In this document: piece after piece, positions 62,119 to 64,000 of the stretch
Numbering within the stretch: position 1 is the first letter of the stretch
Layout of the letters: the number at the start of each line of letters is the position of its first letter
From: Oikopleura dioica
Taxonomy: Eukaryota > Animalia > Chordata
Reading direction: 5' to 3'
NCBI GenBank assembly: GCA_907165135.1
Contig: OU015568.1
Span: forward strand, 124,001-188,000
DNA length: 64,000 nucleotides
Position numbers and translations under genes: made by a program
Notes under the pieces: generated by a model
Seen by the model: only the letters and a program-made list of their open reading frames with translations
What the model was told of the DNA's origin: nothing
Databases searched by the model: none

Positions 62119-62539
62119 TGCCGGATTTTGTTTTCTTGCTTGTTCTTTCGCTACTTTTATGCAGAGAAGCAAACAGAAATTACATAAGTGGTCCATTTCA
62201 AGGACGCGCTGTTTGGGTCATATTTGGAAAAAATCGCTGAATGATGGTGGTGCCACCATTTTTTGGCATGAAAAGTTCCGCTGGCGAAAAATGATTTGGC
62301 AATTGCATGGAAAATAATTTATTTTAAATAAACAATCATGTTCACTTTGAATACAGAGACTCTGAACTTTGTACTGACTTTATGACTCAAATTAATGGTA
62401 AAACCATCAAGAGTTTCTATAATAGATTTATAATAATTTATTATAAGAGCTTGTCAATGTTGACCTCTCATGAATGATGATTGAAATTTATTTTGGGACG
62501 CGTTTCTGAACTTTTTTGAACTTTCATTAAAATCTGCAC

Positions 62540-62583
62540 TTAGGGCTGACGAAGGCCCCTTGAGGCCGAAACGCGTCCCAAAA
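62540..62583 (+). ncRNA. Minimal type I hammerhead ribozyme motif (Penelope-like)
   Basis: CTGACGA (62546-62552), extra A, stem II GGCC-CCTTGA-GGCC, GAAA (62568-62571), palindromic ACGCGT stem III, GUC cleavage triplet (62575-62577); stem I is weak. Confidence 0.7.
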
Positions 62584-63064
62584 TAAATTTCAATCATCAT
62601 TATAAGAGCTTCTCAATGTTGACGATAATTAGGCCATCACTTCTTCCCGTGTTTTTAAAAGACTCGAATGCCTGAAACAGTTAGAAAGGCTCACCGTCAA
62701 TAAAAAAGAAAGACAAAACTCAGTTGTAGTAATTTGGCGCGAAAAACACGAAGGAATCGGTTTTGATTTTTTTGAGAAGAACAAAAAGAAGCAATAAGAG
62801 ATGCACGGATGGTTGATTTATCAAATTTGTAATGATTATAAAAATGAGGGAAATGCTAAAAATAATTTCTTCTTTTTCTTTGTTTTTTTGATCGCTTTTT
62901 TAGACGCAATAATTAGCGGGAACTTCAAGAAGAACAGGAAACCAATTTTCGTCAGTATTTCCAATGACTTGTTGACTAATCACTCGATCTCCTTTGAAAT
63001 CCAGTCGTTCAATTGAAGGACTTCCTTGGCCCGGGACGATGAAAATTGAATTTTTAATCATAAT

Positions 63065-63939
63065 TGCAGATCCAGAAGAGCAGGTCTTAATTCAAATCAA
63101 AATCTTTGCCAGTTTTAGAAACTTACGTTTGTAAGATTGCCGATTCGTTCCCAAATGTCCTTTTCAAGAAGCCAAATCGCTTCTTGTCTTCTTGACTCAT
63201 CCCATCCCCCGGCGAGCAAAAGACTTCCACTTGGAAGGCCCATCAAAAAATGAGAAAATATTTTACTTTAGTAATAATAATAAATAAATGATTTTTTTTC
63301 AATACCTTTTCGGGAAATCAGGTAAAGTTGTCCATCCCGAAGAACCAAGAGTCTCCACTTTATTCTTTCGATTGCCGTATTCACCTCCAACAGTAGTTGG
63401 ATTTCCTTTATAGAAACCAAGTTTTCCATCCACATGAGCATAATTTGAAGAGAAAGTTTCGGTTCAATCTTCTTCCACGAAAACTTCACATCGGTTTTCA
63501 TGGACTAAATCAAAGCAAATTAATGCTTTTTGGCCGTCATCGACCGTAAGCGCCGCAGAGCCACCGTAAAATCTATTGATCAATCGAGTTGGCTGTTCTG
63601 TCCAAGTGCAGCCTTCCAGTTTCGCGATCTTGTTTCCATTATTCTCAAAATTCTAAATTTTCTTACTTTTTGTTTATCCCACCATCCTCCAAAAATGAAG
63701 AGCACATTTTTGACAAGAGCATGAGGAGCCCCTTCAATATAGTCATTGCACGGAGCCACAATTGCCGCGTTATTTCTTGTTTTTCCATCGAAAGACATCG
63801 AAACTGCTTTCAAGTTCTCGCCCATAACCAAAATTGCCGTTCCATCAAAAAAATAAAAATTCTTGATTTCCGCGCGATCATCAAGCTTGAAGATCCGCAT
63901 CTTTTTAGTCTTTAAATTCTGAAAACCGCTCATTTTCAT
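63065..63939 (-). pseudogene. Kelch-like family gene with an in-frame stop
   Basis: LFIFGGWWDKQK|IARLEGCTW; ENRCEVFVEED*TETF...FYKGNPTTVGG...VETLGSSGWTTLPDFP; LLLAGGWD...IWLLEKDIWERIGNL. Confidence 0.78.
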
Positions 63940-64000
63940 TGTCGATAGGTCTCTCTTTTTGTTTTGATTCTTTTTCTAGTTAAATTTTTGTCAAAAAAGC

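Noticed and set aside
8893-63939. Alternative genetic code or stop-codon reassignment to explain the in-frame stops
   Set aside because: All three stop types occur, together with frameshifts, truncations and MITE insertions, and genes also terminate normally at TAA, TAG and TGA. Decay or sequence error is simpler.

Overview
Eukaryotic (animal) genomic DNA with very short introns. The gene families and compactness suggest an appendicularian tunicate such as Oikopleura; this is inferred, not verified. Bases 1-6035 hold one rDNA unit (18S-ITS1-5.8S-ITS2-28S). Next comes an inverted copy of the 28S 3' end, a 55-bp hairpin array and a reverse-oriented Pol I-like start motif. The remaining ~56 kb is a mosaic of mostly broken gene copies (DNase I, GT31 galactosyltransferase, connexins, CAF1, TCTE1/DRC5, VPS28, GCC1-like golgin, ZDHHC6, HSD17B12-like SDR, Cys-rich/Kelch-like family) riddled with MITEs of several superfamilies. 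The strongest discovery is a 16.8-kb hAT-type element (23582-40379). It has ~360-bp TIRs starting TAGGGATGG and a perfect 8-bp TSD, splits a connexin gene, shows no recognisable transposase, and carries host-gene cargo, nested MITEs and a 3.8-kb higher-order satellite. A Penelope-type minimal hammerhead ribozyme insertion lies at ~62.5 kb. All alignments were made by eye; boundaries without a stated TSD are approximate.
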